Shown here in pieces: positions 30,730 to 40,356 of a stretch of DNA of 64,000 nt. Below the pieces are notes generated by a model, which was not told the DNA's origin, searched no databases, and worked only from the letters and a program-made list of their open reading frames with translations. The DNA is from an uncultured Chloroflexia bacterium (GTDB lineage: Bacteria > Chloroflexota > Limnocylindria > Limnocylindrales > CSP1-4). Position numbers and translations under genes: made by a program. The stretch spans positions 586,903-650,902 of the forward strand of contig CAWFCG010000001.1 in the NCBI GenBank assembly GCA_963814315.1, read 5' to 3'. Each line of letters starts with the position of its first letter. Position 1 is the first letter of the stretch.

Positions 30730-32142
30730 TCACGCATGTCGGAAGACCTCCCAGTCGAGGTAGTTCTCGAGCGCCTCGGCCACGGCGTCCCCGGTATGCG
30801 CGGGGCTCATGGCGCAGTGATGCTCGAATCCGACCTTGCAGATGAGCTTGAGAAGCGGCTGGAAGTTGGGGATCTCTACGACGGCACGGGACCCAAAAGT
30901 ATCCAGCGGGTCGTCGAGGAACTGCCCCTCAGCCACGTAGGCCTTGCACTTGCCATTGACGTCGTCCGTGCTGATGCGGGCGATGGTCAGCGGCGCAGCC
31001 GGTGCGCGTCCGTTGATGGCGCCGAAGACGTTGTCGTTACCAAGGGTGGTGCCGAGCACGTCCGCGATCTGCATCTCGGCCTCGCCTTGGGGATAGAAGT
31101 TGAGCGGCCAGTTGCCGCAATGGAAGAGCACGCACTTGTCTGGGTCGTCGCCATAGTTGTTGTTGAGATCGACGATGGCCGCGGGCTGCTCGGCGGCCAG
31201 CTGCAGTGCGTACATGGAGGCCAGACCGGTGATGTCGGTCTCGCACGCGCTGGGCATGAGCTTGTTGCTCATGATGCTCATCAGCGTGCAGACGTTGACG
31301 CCGTAGTTCTCCTGGAGCGAGGACCAGCACTGCATGGCCGTGGCATCAAGGTCGTTGTCAGCCATCCAGTCGTCGACGACCACGCCCAGCTTGGCCATCT
31401 TTACCAGCTTCTCCGGGGGCACCGTGGGATGTGGCATGTAGGCACGGATCTCATCGAGCTTGGCCTTCGTCTTGGCATCGTCGTCGCCCAGGCGGTTGGC
31501 GTTGCCGAAGACCTCGCTGAAGTCGATGACGCTGACGGCGATGCCGCTGGCTTCCAGCAGCTTCTCGCTGTACCGCACGGTCTTGAAGGCATCCGGACGC
31601 GTGCCGATGGCGCCCAGGCGAGCGCGCTTCATGCCGTTGGCGACCTTGCACACGCGGATGAACTTGTCGAGGTCAGCGCGGAAGGCGTCCGACTGCACGG
31701 GCGTGGTGTGATTCTCGGTCAGCGAGTACTTGAAGCCGTACTGGCGCAGGTCGCTGGAGACGGAGATCTTGCCGCAGAACGCGTCGCGGCGGCGGTCCAC
31801 GGTGAAGGCGGTGACGTCGTCGGGATAGGCCTGCAGCAGGATGGGCACGTTGAGGCCGGACAGCCGCATGGTGTCCGCAACGCCCTTCTCATCGCCGAAG
31901 TTGGGGAGCACCACCAGCACACCCTCGATGCGCCTACGGTTGTCGTCGAACAGCTGGGCACACAGCTGCGCCTCACGCCAGGTCTCGACGCCGCCAAGCT
32001 TGGTGGCTGCGGCATCGAGGATGACGGGCTCAAGGTCCATCTCCTCGAATAGGGCGAGCACGTCCGCTCGCGCTTCGGTGACCAGGGCGTCAGGGAAGAA
32101 GTCGCGGTTCCCGACGATGACTCCCAATGTGGCTCGTGCCAT
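30730..32142 (-). CDS. L-fucose isomerase / L-arabinose isomerase family aldose-ketose isomerase
   Basis: MARATLGVIVGNRDFFPD N-terminus and the FucI-like C-terminal domain. About 470 aa from the ATG at 32142. Confidence 0.7.
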   Translation of the reverse strand: MARATLGVIVGNRDFFPDALVTEARADVLALFEEMDLEPVILDAAATKLGGVETWREAQLCAQLFDDNRRRIEGVLVVLPNFGDEKGVADTMRLSGLNVPILLQAYPDDVTAFTVDRRRDAFCGKISVSSDLRQYGFKYSLTENHTTPVQSDAFRADLDKFIRVCKVANGMKRARLGAIGTRPDAFKTVRYSEKLLEASGIAVSVIDFSEVFGNANRLGDDDAKTKAKLDEIRAYMPHPTVPPEKLVKMAKLGVVVDDWMADNDLDATAMQCWSSLQENYGVNVCTLMSIMSNKLMPSACETDITGLASMYALQLAAEQPAAIVDLNNNYGDDPDKCVLFHCGNWPLNFYPQGEAEMQIADVLGTTLGNDNVFGAINGRAPAAPLTIARISTDDVNGKCKAYVAEGQFLDDPLDTFGSRAVVEIPNFQPLLKLICKVGFEHHCAMSPAHTGDAVAEALENYLDWEVFRHA

Positions 32143-32183
32143 TGTCCTCTCCTCCTTGGACCTCATGGTCCGTGTGGTCCGTG

Positions 32184-33530
32184 TTACTCGGTAGCTAGGT
32201 GGTCGACGGCCGTGAGCAGCTCGGCATCGGCGATCGCTCCCTGCGACCACTGGTCCTGTAGCTGCCGCAGCCTGTAGACCGTGGATGGCTTGATCTCGAC
32301 GTCCGCGGCAGTGATGGGCGTGTCCATGGCCACGGGTCGGACGACGCGGGCGCCGTTGGCCAGGCCGATGGGCAGGAGGCCCTCGGCAGCGGCGGTCTCA
32401 TAGGTGTCGATGAGGCTGTAGTAGGCGGTGCCGCCGATGGCATCGAGCGTGTCGTCGGGTGCCAGGTCGCGCTTGGCAACGGCGAAGACCTCGGAGGTAA
32501 GCCGATCGAGCGGGACCATGTTCGACTGGCGCCGGATGGTCAGCATGGCGCACGTCAGCGGCACCTCGATGCTGCATAGGTGGAAGGGTCGGAAGAGCGT
32601 GTAGTAGGGCCCATCGCCCATATCGCGCAAGACCATCGCCTCACGCAGTCGAGGGTGGTCGGTACGCACGATGACGAAGACGCCGGGAGCGACCGCCCCG
32701 ATGCCATAGTCGACCACGCCCATCTGGCTCAGCACACCGCCGTCTTCGACGAGCCGGAAGGCGTCGGTCAGGTGGTCGCGGTCGGTGTCGGGGCCGTGCA
32801 TGCCGCGGATATCCGGGACCAGGCCGGTAGCGTTGGACGTTGCAGCCATCTCGATCATGGTCTTGGAGCCATCCACGAACTCGACCAGCATGTTGGGCGA
32901 GAGGCCACGGCGAGCGGCTTCCTTCTGGACGGCCGGGTCGGTCGGCGTGGAGTGGCGATCGAGCGGGTTGTTCTTGCCCTTGCCGGCGGCCACGATGGTG
33001 AAGCCCATCGAGACCGCGAGGTCGTACAGCTCCTTGCAGGCAGCTGGCTCGTCACCGGCAGCGAGTGCGTAGAGCACACCCTTCTGCTTGGCATACCAGT
33101 GCAAGATGGGGCCGACGGTGATGTCCGTCTCGACGTTCATCATGGCCAAGTCCTGACCATTGCGAGCGCTGCGTAGCGCGGCGCGAGCGCCGATCTCAGG
33201 CACGCCGGTGGATTCCAGCATCACGTCGATGCTGCGCATGTCAGTGACGATGCGGTAGTCGGCGACGGCGACCACCTTCCCGGCCTCGACCGCTGCATCG
33301 GCTGCGGCGGCCGTCTCGGCCACCACGACCTCGTCCTCGATGAGACCGATGCGATAGGCATCACGAGCGCGCTCGATATCCAGGTCGGCGGTGACGACCA
33401 CGCGCACACCTTGCATCTCGTGCGTGGTGGCGACCACGTCGGTACCCATCTGCCCGGCCCCGATGAGACCGATGCGGACGGGCTGCCCGGCAGCTTCCCG
33501 CTGTCGCAGCTCAGTGTTGAGTCCGATCAT
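32184..33530 (-). CDS. NAD(P)-binding SAF-domain oxidoreductase (homoserine-dehydrogenase-like fold, COG4091-type), paralog 1
   Basis: IGLIGAGQMG Rossmann motif and a C-terminal SAF-like region. Paralogous to 37393-38676 (MMNVETDIT..., VSNATGL...). Confidence 0.6.
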   Translation of the reverse strand: MIGLNTELRQREAAGQPVRIGLIGAGQMGTDVVATTHEMQGVRVVVTADLDIERARDAYRIGLIEDEVVVAETAAAADAAVEAGKVVAVADYRIVTDMRSIDVMLESTGVPEIGARAALRSARNGQDLAMMNVETDITVGPILHWYAKQKGVLYALAAGDEPAACKELYDLAVSMGFTIVAAGKGKNNPLDRHSTPTDPAVQKEAARRGLSPNMLVEFVDGSKTMIEMAATSNATGLVPDIRGMHGPDTDRDHLTDAFRLVEDGGVLSQMGVVDYGIGAVAPGVFVIVRTDHPRLREAMVLRDMGDGPYYTLFRPFHLCSIEVPLTCAMLTIRRQSNMVPLDRLTSEVFAVAKRDLAPDDTLDAIGGTAYYSLIDTYETAAAEGLLPIGLANGARVVRPVAMDTPITAADVEIKPSTVYRLRQLQDQWSQGAIADAELLTAVDHLATE

Positions 33531-34588
33531 GCCGGATCCGTGCCTTCCTGGCCGATCTCGACCATGACCTTGAGCGCCTCGCCGGCGGCGACGGTCCGGA
33601 AGACCTCATCGGCCTGATCGAGGGAGAAGCGGTGGGTGATGATGGCATCGGGATCGACTTGGCCACGTTCGAGCAGTCTTAGCGCGCGGGCATGGAAGTC
33701 GGGGTGATAGCTGAAGGAGCCGATGACGCGGATCTCGTCGTAGTGGATGCGATTGGCGTCCAGCGTCGTCATGGGCGCCGCCTTGGGCAGGCCGCCGAAG
33801 AGGACCACGTTGCCGCGCTTGCGTACCGCCTCGACCGCCTGCTGGTGGGTGGCGGCCACGGGGTTGGCACAGATGGCGCTGTCGGCTCCGAGGCCGTCCG
33901 TGAAGGCCTTGACCTCAGCCACGACGTCCTGGGTCATGGGATCGAGCACCAGCTCGGGCGCAAACGGCTCGGCCAGCTTCCGCCGCAGTTCGTTGGGTTC
34001 GGACAGGATCACGCGGGCGCCGCGCAGGTGGGCGATGAGGGTGTGCAGACAGCCGATCGGGCCGGCGCCCATGACCAGCACGGTGTCACCCAGGGTGGTG
34101 CCGATGTCCTCGTGACAGGCCTGCACCGAACTCAGCGGCTCGCCCAGGGCGCCCTGCGCAAAGCTGAGCGACGAGGGCATCTTGTGGATGGTGCCGCCGG
34201 CCAGGGCGTGTGCCGTCAGGACGCAGTACTCGGCCAACCCGCCGTCGAAGCCGGGCGTGATGCCGATCATGGTCATGTCGTCGCAGAGGTTGTATTGGCC
34301 CACGCTGCAGTACCAGCATTCGAGGCAGTGGACGTCCGGCGCGACGGCGAGGTGCTCCCCCACCGTGTAGCCAGACACGTCGGAGCCGACCTCGACGATC
34401 TCGCCGGCGAACTCGTGTCCGGGCACGGTGATGGGGCCGGCAGCCGGACCTTCACGCCAGCGCCGCAAGTCGGACCCGCAGACCCCACAGGCCCGGACGG
34501 CGAGGAGGACGCCGTCGTTGGGGCACTGTGGGACGGGAACGTCGACCAGCTCGATCGTCTCGGGGGCGGTGAGGTGGGCGGCTTTCAC
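33527..34588 (-). CDS. zinc-dependent alcohol/polyol dehydrogenase (MDR; sorbitol / L-threonine-DH-like)
   Basis: GVCGSDLRRW, GHEFAGEIVEVG, VMGAGPIGCL motifs. Confidence 0.8.
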   Translation of the reverse strand: MKAAHLTAPETIELVDVPVPQCPNDGVLLAVRACGVCGSDLRRWREGPAAGPITVPGHEFAGEIVEVGSDVSGYTVGEHLAVAPDVHCLECWYCSVGQYNLCDDMTMIGITPGFDGGLAEYCVLTAHALAGGTIHKMPSSLSFAQGALGEPLSSVQACHEDIGTTLGDTVLVMGAGPIGCLHTLIAHLRGARVILSEPNELRRKLAEPFAPELVLDPMTQDVVAEVKAFTDGLGADSAICANPVAATHQQAVEAVRKRGNVVLFGGLPKAAPMTTLDANRIHYDEIRVIGSFSYHPDFHARALRLLERGQVDPDAIITHRFSLDQADEVFRTVAAGEALKVMVEIGQEGTDPA

Positions 34589-35226
34589 TGGCTGTCGATC
34601 TCCCTGATCTTGTGACCGACGGCACCACCCGGATGGGTCTCCCCGAAATCGGTGACGGAGTAGCCGCGCAGCTCAAGAAGCGCCACACAGATGGCATCGG
34701 TGAAGGCCGAGATGAAGAGCGAGCTGCCCGTGGCCACCATGCCGAAAGGGTCGATGCCGTCCGGCGCGGTCACCGGCAGGATGACGTCGGCCAGCCGACC
34801 CAGGCTCGACGCGGGCTTCTCGGTGATGGCGACGACCACCGCTCCTCGCTTGCGGGCGATGCCAGCGAGGAAGACGACCTCGGTGGTCTCGCCGCCTTTG
34901 GATAGACCGATCCAGACGTCGTTGGCGGTCACGGCGCCGGCCGCCCCGTGCTGGCTGTCGCCAGGGTGCAGGAAGAGCGCCGGCGTCCCTACGCACGACA
35001 GCAGATGGGCGAAGCGCAGCGCCACTGCGTGCGAGGTGCCGGAACCCGACACGAGGACGTGGCCGTGGCAGTCCAGCAGCATGCGAACGGCCTGGGCGAA
35101 CGTGTCCGGCAAGTCGTTGGCCAGCGTCGCGGCGGCAGCGCTTTCACGGCGGATGGCCTCGGCCCCGAGCGCACGGAGCTGCTGATCGTCCATCAGCCGC
35201 TGATCGTCCAGCCGCTGCTCATCCAT
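34585..35226 (-). CDS. SIS-domain (phosphosugar isomerase / binding) protein
   Basis: VLVSGSGTSHAVA...GLSKGGETTEV matches the SIS domain. Confidence 0.7.
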   Translation of the reverse strand: MDEQRLDDQRLMDDQQLRALGAEAIRRESAAAATLANDLPDTFAQAVRMLLDCHGHVLVSGSGTSHAVALRFAHLLSCVGTPALFLHPGDSQHGAAGAVTANDVWIGLSKGGETTEVVFLAGIARKRGAVVVAITEKPASSLGRLADVILPVTAPDGIDPFGMVATGSSLFISAFTDAICVALLELRGYSVTDFGETHPGGAVGHKIREIDSQ

Positions 35227-36193
35227 CGGACGCCTCCAGGAGTGTCTCAGCCGTCACCGAGTCGGTGATGAGCACATTGATGAGGTGTCCGCGAAGCGCG
35301 GCGCGGATGGCGGCCTGCTTGTCCGGCCCGCCTGACACGCCCACGATCTTGGGCACCTGCTTGATCTGCTCCAGTGTCATGCCGATGATGCGGTCGTTGA
35401 TCTCCGACTCGATGCACTCGCCCTCGGCGTCGTAGTAGCGCAGGGCGATGTCGCCGACCGCCCCCTTGTGCAGCAGGGCATCCAGCTCGGCACGCGTGAT
35501 GATGGAGCCGTCGCGCATCGTCACCGAGCCCAGCGTGGGGGCACCGATGCCGACGAAGGCGATGTCCAGATCGTCGAACGCTTCCACGGCTCGTTGGACG
35601 TGGACGTCGGAGAGCAGCACCTCACGGGTACGCTGATCGGCCACGATGCCGGGCACCGGCAGCAGCGTCAGGCGACAGCCCAGCGATCGCGAGACGCTGC
35701 GGCACAGTTCCGTGGCGTGGACTTCCGAATCGGGCTGGCCAAGGCCACCGATCACCTGTACCACCTGGGCATTGGGGTAGCGCTGCGAGGTCAGTGCCGC
35801 GGCCATGTAGCGCAGCGTGTCACCCCAACACATGCCGATGGTGCTGCGGGGAGACATGGCGCGCAGTAGGTAGCCCGCGGCGGCGCTGCCGACGGCTCGG
35901 CTGACCTGCGCCTGTGTGTCCCCTGACTGCGCTTCGACCACGAGGGCCTCCTGCAGCCCGAAGCGCTCCTCAAGCGCGCTCTCGAGGTCGAGGAAGAGAT
36001 CCTCCGGCGCGACCACGTTGATCTGCACCACACCCGTCTCGCGCGCCTGTGCCATCAGCCGGGACACCTTCGAACGAGACAGCCCCAAGCGTGCCGTGAT
36101 GGCATCCTGGTTCAGGCCGTCCTCGTAGTAGAACCTGCTGACCTTTACCAGCAAGCGAAGCTCCTCGTTCGAAGGGTGGCTGGCTATCGCCAT
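35219..36193 (-). CDS. SorC/DeoR-family transcriptional regulator with C-terminal sugar-phosphate-binding domain
   Basis: N-terminal HTH (YYEDGLNQDAITARLGLSRSKVSRLM) and a SorC C-terminal domain. The start could alternatively be 36229. Confidence 0.8.
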   Translation of the reverse strand: MAIASHPSNEELRLLVKVSRFYYEDGLNQDAITARLGLSRSKVSRLMAQARETGVVQINVVAPEDLFLDLESALEERFGLQEALVVEAQSGDTQAQVSRAVGSAAAGYLLRAMSPRSTIGMCWGDTLRYMAAALTSQRYPNAQVVQVIGGLGQPDSEVHATELCRSVSRSLGCRLTLLPVPGIVADQRTREVLLSDVHVQRAVEAFDDLDIAFVGIGAPTLGSVTMRDGSIITRAELDALLHKGAVGDIALRYYDAEGECIESEINDRIIGMTLEQIKQVPKIVGVSGGPDKQAAIRAALRGHLINVLITDSVTAETLLEASDG

Positions 36194-36194
36194 G

Positions 36195-36226
36195 AAAGAA
36201 TTCCCACTCCTGAGAATTATTTCAGG
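36195..36226. promoter_or_regulatory. candidate SorC operator at the regulator's own start: AGAATTC half-site plus the imperfect palindrome CCTGAGAATTATTTCAGG
   Basis: Seen directly in the sequence. Shares the TGAGAAT / GAGAATTC words with the site at 40269-40302. Confidence 0.45.
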
Positions 36227-36860
36227 CACCGTAGCATGGTCACCAGGCGGTCGTCAACCATAAGGGGCAATCGAATGCATCGGTCCGCTGCACAGCGCGA
36301 CCCGCCGGGCGGGTGATCCGACAGTCGTTCGCCATCCATCTGGGCCTGGCCGGCAGTCCTATCCACATGGCGGGTGAAACAGCGATGATCCAACGCCATC
36401 CGCGCGCTCGCTACGTTCGTTCACCCGCCCCGCGGGGCGATCGACCGAATCTGGGTGCCTGAAGGCGACCTGCTCCGTCACTTCACCCGTCCGGTGGGTC
36501 AGACCGACCACCGCAGCCATAGCGTCAAGGGCTCAGTCGCGACACCCTCAGCGTGGATGCGTGGGCGCGACATCCCTTGGGCGCGATGACGCGATTGGCA
36601 TGGATGAAGCAGTCACGCCACAGCTGGTGGTTCCCGTGCATCGGGAGAGCCTGACCCGTGATGCCATCAGAAGGCCACCTATTCCCGCACGGCGGGAGAA
36701 GACGGCAGCGGTTGACGTTCTGCGGGAAACATCGGCAGGTTCGAGGTCCCACCGGTCGTGTTGGCCCGCTGAACGGGAACCTCGGGACGTCGCGGGACCA
36801 TGGCGCATCGCTGCGCCAGTGCCACGGCTTGCCACTCGGGCGGTCGACTCGTTGGGGGCG

Positions 36861-37382
36861 CTACTCCTCGGGCGGGTAGACCTTCTCCGGCGGATTGCGG
36901 CGCGCGGGACGGCAGATCAGCTCGTAGGTGACGCCGTACGCTTCCTGTGTATCGAGATAGGCGTAGTGGCCGTCGCCATCGGGACCGAAACCGGAGCCGT
37001 CCATGATCATGCGGAAACCGGCAGCCTCAGCCTGCGCCAGGGCCACATCCATATCGTCCACTAGCACGCCAAGATGCTGCACGCCGAACCCATGCGCCGC
37101 GACGAAGTCAGCGTAGACCGTCGGCCCCTCGACCATCTCGATGAGCTCGACGCGCATCGGCCCGAAGTAAGACAGCGCCACCCGCATCTTGTACTCGCAG
37201 GGCTGACCGTAGTAAGACATCTTCTTCACCAGCGGCTTGCCATAGGTGTAGAAGTGCCAAGGCCCCACGCCGAACATCTGGTGGTACATCTCCACGGTGC
37301 GGTCGAGATCCTGCACTACGAAGGCGATCTGGGCGATGCCGTTGTCAAGGAACGGCAGCCTCTGCGGGTGTTGCTCGCTCAT
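36861..37382 (-). CDS. VOC-family (glyoxalase / dioxygenase-fold) protein
   Basis: Start MSEQHPQRL at 37380-37382 with AAGGGGG upstream. Glyoxalase-fold repeats. Confidence 0.65.
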   Translation of the reverse strand: MSEQHPQRLPFLDNGIAQIAFVVQDLDRTVEMYHQMFGVGPWHFYTYGKPLVKKMSYYGQPCEYKMRVALSYFGPMRVELIEMVEGPTVYADFVAAHGFGVQHLGVLVDDMDVALAQAEAAGFRMIMDGSGFGPDGDGHYAYLDTQEAYGVTYELICRPARRNPPEKVYPPEE

Positions 37383-37392
37383 CCCGACCCCC

Positions 37393-38676
37393 TTATCCAT
37401 AGAGGGCGTCCTGCAGCCGGCGCAGCCGTGCCACGAACGTCGTCTCATCGACGGCCACATCGTCCTCGGTGATGATCGAGCCGGCAGTGATGGCCCGCTT
37501 GGCGACCGCTCCCGCACCGATGCCGATGGGCACCGCTCGCATCGCGCGAGCCTCTGCGTATGTCATGATCAACCCGTACCAATCAGGCCCGCCGATACCC
37601 TCCAGCACGGCCCCACCCTCGATAGCGCGCTTGGCCGTGCACACCACCTCGGCGTGCATCTGTTCGGCAGCCACGGTGACCTCGCCCAGCAGCACCGCCT
37701 CCGCCACCGACTGTGGCGTCTCCAGATCGCAGAGATGGTACGGCCGCAGGTGCAGGTAGTAGGGCCCTTCAGCGTGGGTGATGAACTTCATCTCCTTGCG
37801 GATGCGGGCATCGTACGAGCGCACGATGGCGAACACGCCTGGCGCGATGGCTCCGGTCGAGTAGTCCACGCAACCGGCGCGTGACAGGATGCCGCCGTCA
37901 GCCTGCGGGATGAACGTGCTGACCAGGTCATCGACCTCCACCTTGGGACCATGCATGCCGGGAACATCGGGCAGCAGGCCCGTGGCGTTGGACACCGCCG
38001 CCATCTCCACCATCGTCTTGGTGCCATCCTTGAAGGCCGAGAGCATCTTGGGGTTCATGCCCTTGCTGGCAGCCTCTGCCACGCAGGCATCGGGCGTGGC
38101 GGCAAGATCGATGACGTTGTTCTTGCCCTTGCCCAGGCTGACCACCTCGAAGCCCATCAGGATGGCCTGCTCGTGAAGCATCTTGAGCACACCCGGCTCA
38201 TCGCCCGACGCCACGGTGTAGACCGTACCCATCTTTCGAGCCAGCCGGTCCAGGTAGACCCCGATGGTGATGTCCGTCTCCACGTTCATCATCACCACGG
38301 GCTTCCGGTTCATGATGGCGTCGTGGGCTACGCGCGCACCCACATCGGGCACCCCGGTAACCTCCACGATGCACTCCAGGCCCTCCATCTGCGGCATCGA
38401 CAGCGCATCGGGCGTGACTACCGCGGCCCCGGTCCGGATGCCGTCCTCCGCCTCGGCGAGACCTTCGGCCACCAGCACATCACCCGAGCGGCCCATCTCA
38501 CCGTAGGTAGCGACACCACGGGCGACGTCCAGATCGGCGATGGCCGCGACACGCATGCCCTCGATGTTGTTGATGGCATGGGCTAGGCCGGATCCCATCT
38601 GCCCGCAGCCGACGATGCCGATGCGGATAGGGTCGTTCGCGGCGACCCGCTGCCTGAGCTTGCTGACCAGCTCCAT
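37393..38676 (-). CDS. NAD(P)-binding SAF-domain oxidoreductase, paralog 2
   Basis: IGIVGCGQMG. Collinear with 32184-33530. Confidence 0.6.
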   Translation of the reverse strand: MELVSKLRQRVAANDPIRIGIVGCGQMGSGLAHAINNIEGMRVAAIADLDVARGVATYGEMGRSGDVLVAEGLAEAEDGIRTGAAVVTPDALSMPQMEGLECIVEVTGVPDVGARVAHDAIMNRKPVVMMNVETDITIGVYLDRLARKMGTVYTVASGDEPGVLKMLHEQAILMGFEVVSLGKGKNNVIDLAATPDACVAEAASKGMNPKMLSAFKDGTKTMVEMAAVSNATGLLPDVPGMHGPKVEVDDLVSTFIPQADGGILSRAGCVDYSTGAIAPGVFAIVRSYDARIRKEMKFITHAEGPYYLHLRPYHLCDLETPQSVAEAVLLGEVTVAAEQMHAEVVCTAKRAIEGGAVLEGIGGPDWYGLIMTYAEARAMRAVPIGIGAGAVAKRAITAGSIITEDDVAVDETTFVARLRRLQDALYG

Positions 38677-38697
38677 GTGTGGCTCCTGTCTGTCGCG

Positions 38698-40248
38698 CTA
38701 CTGCGACCGGATACGGGCGAGCTCGACGAAGTCTCCGCGAAGGTCCTGATAGACCTGCTTGAAGAGCGCGAACCGTTCCATGTAGTCGGCATGGGCCGCA
38801 GGGTCGGGCTCCATGGGATCGATGGTGGTGGCCCAACCCCTGGCCACGGAGAAGTCCTTGAAGATGCCGGTAGCGACGCCGGCCAGGATGGCATCGCCGT
38901 AGGGCGCTCCTGTGCGTCGTTCCAGCAACACGGTACCGACGTCGAAGACATCGGTGATGATGCGCCGCCACAAGTTCGACTTGGCGCCACCCTCGTTGAG
39001 CACCAGCGGGTAGTTGACGCGGAGTCCCGCCGCACCGAGCGTCTCGAATGAGTGATACAGGGCGAAGGCGACCCCTTCCATGGCCGCGCGCACGACATGC
39101 CCCTTGGTGTGGTTGAGCGAGAGGCCGAAGAGCACGCCGCGAGCGTTGACGTCCCAGATGGGCGTGCGCTCGCCCATCAGGTAGGGCAGGAAGAACAGGC
39201 TGTCCGCACCTCTTGGCACAGCGGCTGCTTGTGCATTGAGCTCGTCGTAAACGTCCGGCCCACCGGCCTTCTCGCGCTCGACCTCCAGGGCTGAGAACTG
39301 GTCGCGTAGGTAGCGCAGGGTCCCGCCGCCAGTGGTCGTGGTCGGCACCGTGATGTATGTCGTCTCCGAATCCACGGTGTAGGGGAAGTTGATCGACGCG
39401 GCGCCCGATTCGCTGAACAGGAACTCGCGCGAGCGGTGGATGATGCCGAAGTTGCCGGCCGTGCCCAGGTTCATCTGGATGTCACCGGGCTCGATTGCAC
39501 CGCCCTGCATCCAACCAGCATTGCAGTCCACCTGGCCACCGGCTACCGGCGTGCCCGCAGCCAGCCCACACTCGGCCGCAGCCGCCGAGGAGATCTCACC
39601 GATGATGTCCTCGCAGCGACACAGTTCGGGCATCAGCGCCGGATCCACGCCCATGGCCTCGAGCAGGGCGGTATCGAAGCGCCGTTCCAGGATGTCGTAG
39701 GCGCCATAGAACGGGCCGGCCGAATAGTGCGCCGTCGATGTCCCCGTCAGCTTGAAGTTGATGAAGCCGTCGATGGTCAGGACCTTGGCGATGGTGCGGT
39801 AGCGCTCGGGATGGTTGGTGCGCTCCCAGAGCACGTTCATCAGTACGGGGTGGTCTTCGAGCCGGTTGGCGGTGATGCCGAAGATGCGCTCCGCGCCGAT
39901 GTGCTCGCTGACCCAGGTCACCTCAGCCGTGGCGCGGCGATCCATCAGGTTGTAGGCCCGAGGGAGCGGCTCACCGTCACGATTGACTAGGACGACCGAG
40001 GGGAGCGCGGAGGAGGCGGCCACGCCCCGGATCTCGGCCGGGTCCACGCCGGTCTCGGCGAGGACCTTGCGGGTCATGCGGCAGAAGGCGTCCCAATAGC
40101 GGGGCGCGTCATGTTCCGACCATCCGGGATGGTCGGTGTAGATGGGGTATTCCTCATAGGCATAGCCGACCTGCTCCCCGTCGGAGTCGATGAGCACGAC
40201 CTTTGCCCCGCCAGTGCCATAGTCGGCACCCAGGAGGTAGTCAGTCAA
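38698..40248 (-). CDS. FGGY-family sugar kinase (second)
   Basis: [24 protein letters not shown] and FGGY N/C domains. 516 aa. Confidence 0.85.
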   Translation of the reverse strand: MTDYLLGADYGTGGAKVVLIDSDGEQVGYAYEEYPIYTDHPGWSEHDAPRYWDAFCRMTRKVLAETGVDPAEIRGVAASSALPSVVLVNRDGEPLPRAYNLMDRRATAEVTWVSEHIGAERIFGITANRLEDHPVLMNVLWERTNHPERYRTIAKVLTIDGFINFKLTGTSTAHYSAGPFYGAYDILERRFDTALLEAMGVDPALMPELCRCEDIIGEISSAAAAECGLAAGTPVAGGQVDCNAGWMQGGAIEPGDIQMNLGTAGNFGIIHRSREFLFSESGAASINFPYTVDSETTYITVPTTTTGGGTLRYLRDQFSALEVEREKAGGPDVYDELNAQAAAVPRGADSLFFLPYLMGERTPIWDVNARGVLFGLSLNHTKGHVVRAAMEGVAFALYHSFETLGAAGLRVNYPLVLNEGGAKSNLWRRIITDVFDVGTVLLERRTGAPYGDAILAGVATGIFKDFSVARGWATTIDPMEPDPAAHADYMERFALFKQVYQDLRGDFVELARIRSQ

Positions 40249-40268
40249 GGTTCGTTTCCGTCGCCATG

Positions 40269-40302
40269 TGTGAGAATTCTCTCGCTTCTGAGAATATTCT
40301 CA
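40269..40302. promoter_or_regulatory. candidate SorC operator upstream of the FGGY kinase operon: two perfect palindromes, GAGAATTCTC and TGAGAATATTCTCA
   Basis: tgTGAGAATTCTCtcgcttcTGAGAATATTCTCA lies 20-50 nt upstream of the start codon at 40248. Confidence 0.5.
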
Positions 40303-40356
40303 ATTCAACCTAGCAGGCTGCGACTCGCGAGTCAAATCCTGATCAGCCGCTTGGGG

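Noticed and set aside
40303-40356. Possible additional operator copies between the MFS gene and the kinase operon
   Set aside because: Only the two palindromes at 40269-40302 are convincing. Flanking sequence has no further TGAGAAT words.
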